DNA of 64,000 bases from assembly GCF_963921235.1 (NCBI RefSeq), contig NC_086109.1, positions 11,594,001 to 11,658,000 on the forward strand, in the 5' to 3' direction. The notes under the pieces were generated by a model. The model ran no database searches and was not told the DNA's origin. It saw nothing but the letters and a program-made list of their open reading frames with translations. The stretch comes from Mobula hypostoma. Taxonomy: Eukaryota. This document shows positions 12,401 through 27,400 of this stretch, one piece after another. How positions within the stretch are numbered: position 1 is the first letter of the stretch; each line of letters begins with the position of its first letter. Made by a program: the position numbers and the translations under genes.

Positions 12401-15400
12401 GAGCTTCTTGTCGAGCCTGGAGGGAATTATGGTGTTGAATGCTGAACTCTAGTCCAAGAACAGCATTCTCACATAAACATCCTTCTCCAGATGTGTAAGG
12501 ATAGTGTGTATAGCTGTGTCTATTATGTCATTTGTCGATCGGTTGTGTCAGTAGGTGAATTGCAGGGGGGTCCAGTACGGGTGGTAGTGTGCTGCAGGTG
12601 TAGTCCTGGACCAGCCTCTCAAAGCATTTGTCTATTACTGATGTGAGTGCAACAGGACACTAGTCATTCAGCATGTTACCTTAGTCTTTTTAGGTACAGG
12701 AACCATGGTGGATGTTTTGAAGCAGGAGGGCACTCTACACTGGGAGAGGGTGATATTAAACACACCTGACAGTTGTGCTGTGCACATCCTGAGTACCCAC
12801 CTGGGGATGCCGTCCAGTCTCGCAGCCTTGCGACTCCCTACTCACTTCCGAAGAGGAAATGATATACTTGGTGTGCGTTTGTCCAGTTACAGAGTAGAAA
12901 AACTTAAAAGGAATTGCTCTTGGCTCTCGCGCAGGAGGACTTAAAACTAAAAAAAAATACTGGAGCGTATGGAGGCAACTGACAGGGAGTTCACGGACAG
13001 TATGACCCGGCTGACGACGAACATTGAAAAACTGACTAACTCTGTTGCATTAATAAAGCACCTTGTTAAATGTATAAAACATGTCTGCATCAGTATTATC
13101 CTGTATTTCCATACGATGTTACATTAGGCTGTTACACATCTATTGTCAGAGAAGTACTTACATAAATAGATAAACCACCTTCATACAAGCAAGGACAGAA
13201 AATGGGGCAAAGTGAGTATACTTATTTATTCAGTAAGCTATGGGTCAAGGTATTTGGTGAGTACATTTCTAACACTTCTGGCTTCAGTCCCGTTGCCGTC
13301 TGTTCTGAAATTGTTAGGTTATGTGGGGGTTGCGTTCAAGAAAACAACGAAATGCCGCGCTGCGGCCATCTGTTCTGGCACGTCATGACAGCGTTTTTAA
13401 ATAGTCAAAAAAGCTCACTTTACAATTTAACTGTCTCACCGTTCACACTGACTGCGCGTTATAACAGCCGTACAGCAGTGCTTGTGTAGTACCAAGAAGA
13501 AGCAGAAAAAGCATTGTTGTTGTGGTGTTGTCAGGACAGCGTTTTTAAATCTCTCCGTTTACCCTGTACACACTACAACGGATATTAGGCGTTTTCAGAT
13601 TTATTCACTCTGGAGACCGTTTCTGAAAATCTCTGTTTTCGGGGGATGAAAATGCCGTTTTAGTCTGGACAGAGGGTCAAAACAAAGAGAAAAAGCTTCA
13701 TTTTCAAAATTATCCAGTGTAGTGTGGACGTAGCCTGAGATAGATACACTGACACATATGTTTTGGTCTTATTCTATATTGGAACAGTTCTGGAAGTTGG
13801 TTTTTTCAACAATTTCTAAAGCTCTTAAACTTAGTCTACAACCTAATTAATTAACTGTGCTTTTTGGAATAATTCCTCAAAATATTCATGGTATTTCTGT
13901 GTCTGACCAACATGTTATTGCATTTGTTACATTGATGGCTAGGAGGGCCATTTTGTTGAAGTGGAAGGAGACATCAGCTCCCACTTTGTCACAATGGTTC
14001 TCTCAAGTGATGCTATGTCTTAGTTTGGAGAAAATTAGAAGTCGAACCTTTGAACCTTTATTTGATTTTGAGAAAAGATGGGGTTCATTTGCTCGTTATT
14101 ATCATTTGAGCTAATTGATAGATTTTTTCCACGATCTAATTGTAAATTTTTTGGTATATTTTCTTTTCTTGCTGGCGGTTTGATGTTTATTTTTTGAAGC
14201 TTTTTGTATGACGCATGGCTCCGGGGTTGTACACCTAACGGGTTCTTTTTTTCCTCACTTTTCTGCTTAGTAGGTTTTTTTCAATCTTTAAGATAATGTC
14301 TTTTTTGAGACATTGTCAGTGTTGTTACTGTAATGTACTAGTGTTACTTTTGTATAATATAACGATAAAAAGATTTGAAAAGAAAGAACAATTAGAATAA
14401 ATAAATAATTTTATATTTCTTTGTACTTTTAAGGATAGAGGTTAGAGGAAAGGGGAAAATCTTGCCTGAAATACCTGTTGCAGTTCTTTGAGGAAGTAAC
14501 AAACAGGATACACAAAGGAGGGTGTCGTTTGCTTGGGTTTTCAAAAGGCCTTTGTCAAGGAACCACACATGAGGTTGATAACAAGTTAAATTCCTGTGGT
14601 ATTGGAGGAAAGATACCAGCATAAGTAGAGTATTGGCTGACTGGCAGAGGGCAACAGTGGGAATAAATGGGGAATTTTCTGGTAAGCTGCCGGTGACCAG
14701 TGGTGTTCCACAGGGTTTGGTTTTGGGTGCACTTCTTTTCACATTATATGCCAATCATTTGGATGATGGAATTGATCACTTTGTGGCCAGATTTACAGAC
14801 AATTTAAAGAGAGGCAAAAAGACAGGTAATTTTGAGGAGGTGGGCAGCCTGCACAAGGTTTTAGACAGATAATGGCATAGACTATTTTTTAAATGAGGAG
14901 GAAATTCAAAAACGAGAGGTACAAAGGGACTTGGGATTCATTTTGCAGAATTCCTTAAAGGTTAACTTGCAGTTTGAGTCAATGGTATGGAAGGTAAATG
15001 TTATGTTAGCATTCATATTGAGAGGACAAGAATATAAAAGCAATGATGTCCAGTAATACCAAGTCTTCATAAGGCCATTGGTCAGATCACACAGAGTATT
15101 GTGAGCAGTTTTAGGCTTCTTATCGAAGAAAAGATGTGCTGGCATTGGAGAGGAGCACAAGAATGATTCTGGGAATGAAAGCATTAACATTTAAGTTGCA
15201 TTTGATTGGTCTGGGCTTATACTTGCTGACATTTGGAAGAATGATGTGGGAGGATCTCGCTGAAATGAAATGAATATTGAAAAAACTGCAGCAACACACA
15301 CAAAAAATGTTGGTGAACGCAGCAGGCCAGGCAGCATCTATAGGAAGAGGTACAGTCAACGTTTTGGGCCGGGACCCTTCGTCAGGACAAGCTGAAAGAG

Positions 15401-18400
15401 GAGATGGTAAGAGATTTGAAAGTGGGAGGGGGAGGGGGAGATCTGATATGATGGGAGAAGACAGGAGGGGGAAGGGTTGAAGCCAAGAGCTGGAAAGTTG
15501 ATTGGTAAAAGGGATACGAGGCTGGAGAAGGGAGAAGATCATGGGATGGGAGGCCTAGGGAGAAAGAAGCGGGGGGTGGGGAAAGCCCAGAGGATGGGCA
15601 AGGAGTTACCAAATTTATCACCTCACGGGAGCTCCCATCCACTGCTATCAACCTTACAGTTCCAACACAACTCACTTCCCATTTCTACCTCCTACCCAAG
15701 ATCCACAAACCTGCTTGTCCAGGTAGACCCATTGTCTCAGCTTGCTCCTGCCCCACCAAACTCATTTCTGCATACCTCTACACTGTTTTATCCCCCCTTG
15801 TTCAATTCCTTCCTTCCTATGTTCATGACAGCTCTCACACTCTGAATTTTTTCAATGATTTTGTGCTCCCTGGCTGTCACCGCTTTATTTTCACCATGGA
15901 TGTCCAGTCCCTATATACCTCCATCCCCCACCAGGAAGGTCTCAAAGCTCTCCGCTTCTTTTTGGATTCCAGACCTAATCAGTTTCCCTCTACCACCATT
16001 CTCCTCCATCTAGTGGAATTAGTCCTTACTCTTAATAATTTCTGCTTTGGCTCCTCCCACTTCCTCCAAACTAAAGGTGTAGCCATGGGCACCCATATGG
16101 GTCCCAGCTATGCCTGCCTTTTTGTTTGCTTTGTGGAACAATCCATGTTCCAAGCCTGTACTGGTATCTGTCCCCCACTTTTACTTTGCTACATCGAGGA
16201 CTGCATTGGCGCTGCTTCCTGCAAGCATGCTGAGCTCGTTGACTTCATTAACTTTGCCTCCAACTTTCACCCTTCCTTCAAGTTTACCTGGTCCATTTCC
16301 GACACCTCCCTCCCCTTTCTAGATCTTTCTGTCTCTATCTCTGGAGACAGCTTATCTACTGATGTCTACTATAAGCCTATGGACTCTCATAGCTACCTGG
16401 ACTATTCTTCTTCCCATCCTGTCTCTTCCAAAAATGCCATCCCCTTCTCGCAATTCCTCTGTCTCCGCCGCATCTTCTCTCAGGATGAGGCTGTTCATTC
16501 CAGGATGAAGGAGATGTCCTCCTTTGTTAGAGAAAGGGGCTTCCCTTCCTCCACCATCAACTCTGCTCTCAAACGCATCTCTCCCATTTCATGCACATCT
16601 GCTCTCACCCCATCCTCCCGCCACCCCACTAGGAATAGGATTTCCCTTGACCTCACCTACCACTCCACCAGCCTCTGTGTCCAACATATAATTCTCTGTA
16701 ACTTCCGCCACCTCCAACGGGATCCCACCACTAAGCACATCTTTCCCTTCCCCCCTCTCTCTGCTTTCCGCAGGGATCGCTCCCTACGTGACTCCCTTGT
16801 CCATTCATCCCCTCCATCCCTCCCCACTGATCTCCCTCCCAGCACTTACACTTGTAAGCGGAACAAGTGCTACAGATGCCCTTACACTTCCTCCCTCACC
16901 ACCATTCAGGGCCCCAGACAGTCCTTCCAGGTGAGGCGACACTTCACCTGTGAGTCGGCTGGGGTGATATACTGCATCTGGTGCTCCCAATGTGGCCTTC
17001 TATATATTGGCGAGGCCTGACGCAGACCGGGAGATCATTTCACTGAACACCTATGGTCTGTCTGCCAAAGAAAGCAGGATCTCCCAGTGGCCGCACATTT
17101 TAATTCCACGTCCCATTCCCATTCTGATATGTCTATCCACGGCCTCCTCTACTGTCAAGATGAAGCCACGCTTAGGTTGGAGGAACAACACCTTATATTC
17201 TGTCTGGGTAGCCTCCAACCTGATGGCATGAATATTGACTTCTCTAACTTCTGTTAATGTCCCACCTCCCCTTTGTACCCAATCCCTTATTTATTTATTT
17301 ACTTACTTACTTTCTTTTCCCTTTTTTTTTCCACTTTTCTCCCTCTGTCCCTCTCACTGTAACTCCTTGTCCATCCCCTGGGCTTCCCCCCTCCCCCTCC
17401 CCCTTTCTTTCGCCCTAGGCCTCCCATCCCATGATTCTCTCCTTTCTCCAGCCTCGTATCCCTTTTGCCAATCAACTTTCCAGCTCTTTCCTCCCCCTCC
17501 TGTCTTCTCCTATCATTCAGATCTCCCCCCACCACTTTCAAATCTCTTACTATCTCTTTTTTCAGTTAGTCCTGATGAAGGGTCTTGGCCTGAAACATCA
17601 ACTGTACCTCTTCCTATAGATGCTGCCTGGCCTGCTGCATTCACCAGCATTTTTTGTGTGTGTTGCTTGAATTTCCAGCATCTGCAGATTTCCTCGTGTT
17701 TGCGTTGAAACAATTGTGTTCATTGCAACAGATATCTGTGGAAGCCAGGTCGAGGCAGGAGGAAGAGAGAGCAGCGCGCCGTGTGCGCGCAGCCCTCCGG
17801 TGAAAATTATATCGTATCGTTAAATAGGGGCCGTGGACAATTCTGATTTGATGGAGACAGCCATGAAAGCACAGAGGAACATCTGGAGAAATTTCTGAAA
17901 CGCAGGTTCGCTGCTGTTGTTACTGCGTGATCGAGAATCTTCCGGAGGGAAGGCCTCAAGATCCCCAGCTTTGCCTGCTGTTGGCGACCGAGATTGAGGT
18001 CGAATCATTCGGATAGAGATGGTGCTCGGTACTTGGTATCGGAGAGCTGATCGGAGGCTCGAAGTTTTCGGACGATTCAGAGTCAGACTGTGGTCGGGCA
18101 TGGCAGGGAGAGTTTTTCTTCCTTCTCCCATCTGCGTGAGATGTGGGACATTTGAGAGACTTTGAACTTTTTACTGTGCCACGGACTGTTCTTCATCAGG
18201 TTATGGTATTGTTGCACTGTTGTAACTATATGTTATAATTATGTGGTTTTGTTAGTTTTTTTCAGTCTTGGTCTGTCCTGTGTTTTGTGATATTACACCG
18301 AAAGAAATATTGTATCATTTCTTAATGCATGCATTACTAAATGACAATAAAAGAGAACTGCATGTCTTCATAATCTAATCTAATGGGGTATACTCAAAGT

Positions 18401-21400
18401 GGGGGTTTGCAGGTTCTTGGTTAGTCTGGATTGTCAAAGGTTACAGGGCAGGGAGAAGACAGAAGAATGGGGTTGAGAGAGATAATAGATCATTAGTAAT
18501 GGAATGGTGGAACAAAAGGGATGAGATTCCTTCTCACTCTTATGCACGTTATTAAACTTCTTTCAATACTTTCTGAATTCCACAAGCTGTGTTGTCTGTG
18601 TGCTTTTAGGGTGAAGGACATTCCTTCTGAGCTGAAGAAAAAGTTGGGTTTAGGGGAGGGGTACGATGCCATGATCAACATTGGTACTGATGATAAAGGT
18701 GGGACTAGGATGGAGTTTCTGATGAAGGATTATAAGAGGTTTGGGGGAAATTGCATGTTTACCGAGTGAACAGGACTGAGCACTCTTTCATGCAGAATGT
18801 TCCACAACAAATGGACATAAAGGAAAGACGATGGTGTATGTGTTATTAATCAGGAAAGATGTCAGAGTGGTGTTCAGTTGTTAGGGTTGAGTCTGTGAGT
18901 AGTAACATAGAATCAGAATGGGTTAAAATTCCAAAGTACACCCTCCAAAATGTGACCCTATATTAGTGCAGAGCATAAATGTGGAAATCACTAGGGCATG
19001 TTTGAATGGAACTGCAATTGTCACAGGAACGTTTAGTAGGAATTGGAATTGTTTGATTATTGTCACATGTACCGAGATCCAGTGGAAAGCTTTTGTTTGA
19101 ACTCCCTCCAGACAGATCATTCTCTACATCAGTATGTCAAGGCAGTAAAAAGAAATCAGAATGCAGACTGTAATATGCAGTTACAGAGAAATGCAAGGAA
19201 CACAATGAGGTAGATTGGAAGATCTGAGGTTCAGCTTTGAGTGTCTGAAAGGTCTGCTCAGGATCTGTTCACAGTGGTACAGAAGGTGTCCTTGAGCCTG
19301 GTGGTACATGCTGTCAAGCATTTGCACTTTCTGATAGACAGGAGGAGGGAGAAGAGCAAATTATCAGGTTGAGGGGGGTCCTTGAGTATTGATGGATGCT
19401 TTCCTGAGCCATAGATGAGAGATAGAAGTACAGAGAGAGACCAAAGAAGGGAGACTGGTTTAACTGATGGATTGAGGTATGTTCACAGCTCTTGTTGTCT
19501 TGATAGATTGTTTTCAAATACTGAAAAGTGTCATAACTGAAGAGACAGGCTGATGTTTTATGATCTGGAAAGGTGTACTGGGACCTCAGCTGATGAGTCC
19601 CGAAATGGCTTTGAAACAGTACTACTGCAGCAGCATGATGACATATGTCAACCTGTGACCTGTGCGTCAAGGGTTTTAGCAAGCGTGGAAGACAACTACG
19701 TACAAATAGAGAAAGCATTTCTCGCCAGCAAATATGTATGCATAGAGTTCCATCTGTACATCTGTGGACGAGGTTTTGAAGTGGAGACAGACCATAAACC
19801 ATTGGTCTCTTTTCTGTCCAAACCACTGAATGACCGTCCCATGAGGATACAGCACATGTTGAGAAGGCTGCAGAAATATGATGTGAAGATGATCAAAACT
19901 GTGGGAAAATAAAAGTTTGCTGCTGATGCGTTGTCTTGTGCAATTTATGAGAAAGAACAGATTGATCAAGAGGTTAATTCAGATATACATGTGTAAGGGG
20001 GTTTCGACTTTTATGTTACTGCGGAGGCTAATTAAAATGGCGTCTTTGTTATGTTAATCTGGGGAATGCGGCTTTGTTGTGTTAAACGCTGAGAAAGTTT
20101 GCGCTAGCAGCTTGTTTTTCCTTTAGAGTGTGATAAGAAAGTGCTATTAACCAATTGGGATAGTTGTTATGGTTTTGGTGTATTTGAAGATACTGTATGC
20201 GGTGGGGGGGGGGTTTGGGGCAGAAGGCGGGAGAGCGAGACAGAGGATGGACCAGGTGCTGTGAGTCCGCTAACGGGGTCGGACCCCGAGCGGGACGTTC
20301 GGCGAGGAGACGGAGACGGACTCGTGTGGTGCGTCTGGTCGACCACTGTTGTTGGTCCCAGGCGGCCGGTCGAGGTGGTCCAAGGGGGGGGTCGCAGGGT
20401 GAAGAAGAAGGTTCTTGAGCTCCAACGGTTTTTGTGCACGAAGAGATTGAACTTTGATAAGTGTGGCGCCTTTTATTTTCCTTTTATATTTTATTCTCTC
20501 TTAATTATATAGTTCCAGTAATATCTATAAACTGTAAATCATTTAATTGCATCTGGTGTATTGTCTGTTATTTGGGCGGGGTGGGGTAGCTCACACAGCA
20601 TCCACACAAACGAATTACCCAGTTTGGCGGGGCCGAGGCTGTTTCCTTAGACGACAGCGAGCCGAGCGACCCTGAGGGTGGCCGGGGGTGGCGGGGGTGC
20701 AGGCTACACAGGTTTTTGTTGACATGATTGTCACTTCCCTTCCAATATCTCCAAAAAGACCAGAGCAGATTAGGAAAGCAGCAGGGTCAGATGAAACAAT
20801 GGAAGAAACCATAGAAAAACTACAGCACAGAAACAGGCCTTTTGGCCCTTCTTGGCTGTGCCAAACCATTTTCTGCCTAGTCCCACTGACCTGCACACGG
20901 ACCATATCCCTCCATACACCTCCCATCCATGTATCGATCTAATTTATTCTTAAATGTTAAAAAAGAACCCGCATTTACCACCTCGTCTGGCAGCTCATTC
21001 CATACTCCCACCACTCTCTGTGTGTAGAAGCCCCCCCTAATGTTCCCTTTAAACTTCCCTCCCCCTCACCCTTAACCCATGTCCTCTGGTTTTTTTCTCC
21101 CCTTGCCTCAGTGGAAAAAGCCTGCTTGCATTCACTCTATCTATACCCATCATAATTTTATATACCTCTATCAAATCTCCCCTCATTCTTCTACGCTGCA
21201 GGGAATAAAGTCCTAACCTATTCAACCTTTCTCTGTAACTGAGTTTCTCAAGTCCCGGCAACATCCTTGTAAACCTTCTCTGCACTCTTTCAACCTTATT
21301 TATATCCTTCCTGTAATTTGGTGACTAAAACTGAACACAATACTCCAGATTCGGCCTCACCAATGCCTTATACAACCTCATCATAACATTCCAGCTCTTA

Positions 21401-24400
21401 TACTCAATACTTTGATTAATGAAGGCCAATGTACCAAAAACTCTCTTTATGACCCTATCTACCTGTGACGCCACTTTTAGGGAATTTTGTATCTGTATTC
21501 CCAGATCCCTCTGTTCTACTGCACTCCTCAGTGCCTTACCATTAACCCTGTATGTTCTACCTTGGTTTGTCCTTCCAACGTGCAATACCTCACACTTGTC
21601 AGTATTAAACTCCATCTGCCATTTTTCAGCCCATTTTTCCAGCTGGTCCAAGTCCCTCTGCAGGCTCCGAAAACCTTCCTCACTGTCTACTTCACCTCCA
21701 GTCTTTGTATCATCAGCAAATTTGCTGATCCAATTTACCACATTATCATCCAGATCATTGTTATAGATGACAAATAACAATGGACCCAGCACTGATCCCT
21801 GTGGCACACCACTAGTCACAGGCCTCCACTCGGAGAAGCAATTCTCTACTACCACTCTTTGGCTTCTTCCATTGAGCCAATGTCTAATCCAATTTACCAC
21901 CTCTCCATGTATACCTAGCAACTGTATTTTCCTAACTAACCTCCCAATGCGGGACCTTGTCAAAGGCCTTACTGAAGTCCATGTAGACAATATCCACTGC
22001 CTTCCCTTCATCCACTTTCCTGGTAACCTCCTCGAAAAACTCCAATAGATTGGTCAAACATGACCTACCACGCACAAAGCCATGTTGACTCTCCCTAATA
22101 AGTCCCTGTCTATCCAAATGCTTGTAGATTCTGTCTCTTAGTACTCCCTCCAATAACTTACCTACTACCGACGTTAAATTTACTGGCCTATAATTTCCCG
22201 GATTACTTTTCAATCCCTTTTTAAACAATGGAACAACATGAGCCACTCTCCAATCCTCCGGCACCTAACCTGCAGACAGCGACATTTTAAATATTTCTGC
22301 CAGGGCCCCCGCAATTTCAACACTAGTCTCCTTCAAGGTCCGAGGGAACACCCTATCAGGTCCTGGGGATTTATCCACTTTAATTTTCCTCAAGACAGCA
22401 TACACCTCCTCCTTTTCAATCTGTACAGTTTCCATGATCTCACTACTTGTTTCCCCTAATTCCATAGACTTCATGCCAGTTTCCTTAGTAAACACAGATG
22501 CAAAAAACCTATTTAAGATCTCTCCCATTTCGTTTGGTTCCGCACATAGCCGACCGCTCTGATCTTCAAGAGGACCAATTTTATCCCTTACAATCCTTTT
22601 GCTCTTAATATACCTGTAAAAGCTCTTTGGATTATCCTTCACTTTGACTGCCAAGGCAACCTCATGTCTTCTTTTAGCCCTCCTGATTTCTTTCTTAAGT
22701 ATTTTCTTGCACTTCTTATACTCCTCAAGCACCTTATTTACTCCCTGTTTCCTATACATGTCATACAACTCCCTCTTCTTCTTTATCAGAGTTGCAATAT
22801 CCCTTGAGAACCAAGGTTCCTTGTTCGTATTCACTTTGCCTTTACTCCTGACAGGAACATACAAACTCTGCACTCTCAAAATTTCTCCTTTGAAGGCTTC
22901 CCACCTACCGATCACATCTTTGCCAGAGAACAACCTGTCTCAATCCACGCTTTTTAGATCCTTTCTTATTTCTTCAGATTTGGCCTTCTTCCAGTTCAGA
23001 ACCTCAGCCCTAGGACCAGATCTATCCTTGTCCATGATCAAGTTGAAACTAATGGTATTATGATCACTGGAACCAAAGTGCTCCCCTGCACAGACTTCCG
23101 TCACTTGTCCTAACTCGTTTCCTAACAGGAGATCCAATATTGCATCCCCTCTAGTTGGTCCCTCTATATATTGATTTAGAAAACTTTCCTGAACACATTT
23201 TACAAACTCTAAACCATCTAGACCCCTAACAGTATTGGAGTCCCAATCAATATATGGAAAATTAAAATCCCCTACCACCACAACTTTATGTTTCCTGCAG
23301 TTGACTGCTATCTCTCTGCAGATTTGTTCTTCTAATTCTCGTTGACTATTGGGTGGTCTGTAATACAATCCCACTAATGTGGCCATACCTTTCCTGTTTC
23401 TCAGCTCCACCCATAAGGACTCAGTAGACAAGCCCTCTAATCTGTCCTGCCTGAGCACTGCTGTAATATTTTCCCTAACAAGCAATGCTACTCCCCAACC
23501 TTTCATTTCTCTGCCTCGATCACATCTGAAACATCGGAACCCTGGAATATTAAGCTGCCAGTCCTGCCCCTCCTGTAGCCAAGTTTCACTAATTGCTATA
23601 ACGTCATAATTCCACGTGTCAATCCACGCCCTCAACTCATCTGCCTTCCCCGCAATACTCCTAGCATTGAAATATATACACCTCAGAAGATTTTTACCAC
23701 CACTCACAACCTTTCTATTAGCGGATTTGCTTGAACTTTTAACATCATTTATTTTCACCCCAGCCACACTGTCAGCTCTGGCACTCTGGTTCCCATCCCC
23801 CTGCAAATCTAGTTTAAAGCCTCCCCAATAGCACTAACAAACCTCCCTGAAAGGATATTGGTCCCCCTGTAGGTCAAGTGTAACCCGTCTCTCTTGTACA
23901 GGTCCCACCTACCCCAGAAGAGGTCCCAATGATCCTGAAATCTGAAATCCTGCCCCCTACACCAGTTCCTCAGCCACTTGTTCATCCTCCAGAGCATCCT
24001 ATTCTTACCCTCACTGGCACGTAGCACAGGTAGCAATCCTGAGATTACCACCCTTGAGGTCCTGCTTTTCAACTTCCTACCAAGCTCTCTATACTCACTC
24101 TCCAGGACCTCCTCACTCTTCCTTTCTATGTCATTGGTACCGATGTGCACCACGACATCTGGCTGATCACCCTCCCACTTTAGAATGTCATGCAAGCGAT
24201 CAGAGACATCCTTGACCCTGGCACCCGGGAGGCAACAAACCATCCTGGATTCTCTGTCACGACCACAGAACCTCCTATCTGCACCTCTAACTATCGAGTC
24301 TCCTATCACTACCGCTCTCCTCTTTTTCCACCCTCCCTCCTGCACTGCAGAGCCAGACTAAGTGCCAGAGATCCGGCTACTGCAGCTTGTTCCAGGTAAG

Positions 24401-27400
24401 TCATCCCCCCCAACAGTATCCAATGTGGTATACTTGTTGTTGAGGGGAATGGCCACAGGGGAACCCTGCTCTGCCTGCTCTTTCCTCTTCCCTCGCTTGA
24501 CAGTGACCCAATTTCCTGTCCTCTGCTCCTTTGGCGTAACTACCTCCCTGTAGCTACGATCTGTAATCTCCTCATTCTCCCGAATGATCTGCAGGTCATC
24601 CAGCTCCTGCTCCAGTTCCCTAATGCGGTTTGCTAGGAGCTGCAGCTGGATGCACTTCTTGTAGGTGTCGTTGTCAGGGACACCGGAGGGCTCCCTGACT
24701 TCCCACATCCTGCAAGAGGAGCATTCCAACATCCTGCCTGGCATTCTCTCTACTCTAAACAATCTGAACAAAAATCTTACCGGAACCTACCCTGGCCTCT
24801 GCCTGTTGAGCCAAAGCTGTCCCACTCTGACTCAGTCCACTCTGACAATGGCTGCTACAATGATGGCCGCTGTATACGGTGGTCTGCTTTTAAACCTTGG
24901 CGCGCTATGTCACGCGCCTGCGCAGTGCAGACCTTTCTCCCCAAGCAGTGTTTAAAAAAAAAACGACTTTTTCTACCCGATTTCTTCACTCCCTTCTTCT
25001 CAGCTGCTTGCTTCGACTGAAACACTCAAAGATACAATATGGAAAGCATTAACAGCAGCTAAGAATGACTGTCCAATGATTATTCTGGATTCTTGGGCAT
25101 CCAGAGTTGAACCGTTGGTAGTGAAAGGTATGTTTGTCTTTGATGGAAGCTTGTATAGCTCCGGGGTTGTGCTCCCAATAGGTTTTTTTTCCCGGTTTTT
25201 TAAGTTAGTAGGGTTTTTTTCTCTTAGTTAGTAGGGGTTCTTTTTTTTCCTTCCTTTTTTTCTTTCAAAAAATATTCTTAACACTTTATTTTTTCTTCTT
25301 ATTATTGATATATTGCTTAGCTTTGTTAATCAGTTATTTGCTAATTTAATTCTTTATTGTACATATCGACATATTGACTTGATTATCTTAAATGTATTTT
25401 TTTGTTGATCTTTAATAATAATTGATAAAAAAGATTTAAAAAATGAAAATGGAGCAGTTTTGTGATTCCTGTGTTGCTATGCAAGGAAATGCTCCAGAGG
25501 ATGCACAAAGGGCATCTTGGTGAGGAAGGTGTAAACGTAGAGCCTGTGAAGTGATATACTGGTCAAGAATGAACTGAGCCATCAAGCAGAGAATTGCTCC
25601 ATGTGAAATAGGCCTTACCTACAGACAAACAGAACTGCTTACACCAACACCCTGTACCAGACAGCTAGTACTTCAATGTTGGAGTGGGTTTGTTTGATTG
25701 TAATGGGAAGAATCACATTGTTATAACAAACTACTTTTCCAATTACCCAGATATTGCAACACTGCAATCAACATCCAGCAAAGCAACCATCACCTTCCTG
25801 AAAGCTGTGTTTGCAAGGCAGGGAGTTCCACGTGATGTAGTGTCAGACAAGGGGCAACAATTGGAGCTGTGAATTTCAGTCATTTGCCAATGAATGAGGG
25901 TTTTGACGTACAACATCAGTGAAAATCTAGCAGAGAGTTTAGTCAAATTAATGAAGGGCCTCATGAAGAAAGTGCAAGATGGATGAGAGGATTTCCACAA
26001 AAGTCTAATGATTTACAGATGTGTGCCACCGCAGAATGGCCTTTCACCAGCCCAAGTGCTGATGGGTCGACACACATGCACTAACCTTCCATGCATGAAA
26101 TCCTGTTCACACCTAAATGAGCACACAAGGTAAAACTGGCTAAAGTAAAAGGGAAAGAAAAACAGCAAGAGTATCATGACAATACTGCAAAAAAATACTA
26201 CCAGTCCCGAAGCCTGGAAATCATATGAATTCGAGATCATGATTTTGGCACATGGTCCATGCAAGGATACGTACAAGAGGATGCAGATCCATATTCCTAT
26301 CACATCCAGATGGAGCAAAACATCTCCAAGAAGGAATCATGTGGCTGTACGGTCACAAGCTCCAACCCATAGCTGTGACATGTCACCTGTCAGTACACCA
26401 AAGGGGCTAGCATATGTAAAAAATGAACTTGTTGATCAGAGTTCTCAGAAAGACACAAGTATTAACGCAGCAAATACAAGCAATACTCCTGTGGAAATGA
26501 ATAGCAGACCAAAAAGGACCATTAAACAATCTCAGAGACTGAACAGGTACTTTGAATCTGTCTTCACTAGGGAAGACACAAACAATCTCCCAGATGTAAT
26601 ATTGGCCAGAGGACCTAGGGTGATGGAGGAAATGAAGGAAATTTGCATCAGGCACAAAATGGTGTTAGGTAAACTGATATGACTGAAGGTTGATAAATCC
26701 CCAGGGCCTGATGGTCTGCATCTTAGGGTACTTAAGGAGGTGGCTCTAGAAATCGTGGACGCATTGGTAATCATTTTCCAATGTTCTATAGATTCAGGAT
26801 CAGTTCCTGCAGATTGGAGGGTAGCTAATGTTATCCCAATTTTTAAGAAAGGATGGAGAGAGAAAACAGGCAATTATAGACCAGGTAGTCTGACATCAGT
26901 GGTGGAAGATGCTGGAGTCAATTATAAAAGATGAAATAGGGGCATATTTGGATAGCAGTAGCAGGATAGGTGCAAGTCAGCATGGATTTATGAAGGGGAA
27001 ATCATGCTTGACTAATCTTCTGGAATTTCTTGAGGATGTAACTATGAAAATGGACATGGGAAAGCCAATGGATGTAGTGTACCTGGACTTTCAGAAAGCC
27101 TTTGATAAGGTCCCACATAGGAGATTAGAGGGCAAAATTAGAGCACATGGTATTGGGGGTAGGATACTGACATGGATAGAAAATTGGTTGGCAGACAGAA
27201 ACAAAGAGTAGGGATTAACGGGTCCTTTTCCGAATGGCAGGCAGTGACTAGTGGGGTACCGCAAGGCTCAGTGTTGGGACCGCAGCTATTTACAGTATAC
27301 ATTAATGATTTAGATGAAGGGATTAAAAGTAACATTAGCAAATTTGCAGATGACACAAAGCTGGGTGACAGTGTGAAATGTGAGGAGGATGTTATGAAAA

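Larger units (their letters stand above)
19545..26560 (+). mobile_element. Gypsy LTR-retrotransposon pol remnant (RNase H to integrase), split by three younger insertions
   Basis: 19545-19990 (ASR.L...[24 protein letters not shown]); 20709-20809; 25019-25150 (LKDTI..DCP); 25445-26100 ([44 protein letters not shown]). Confidence 0.82.
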
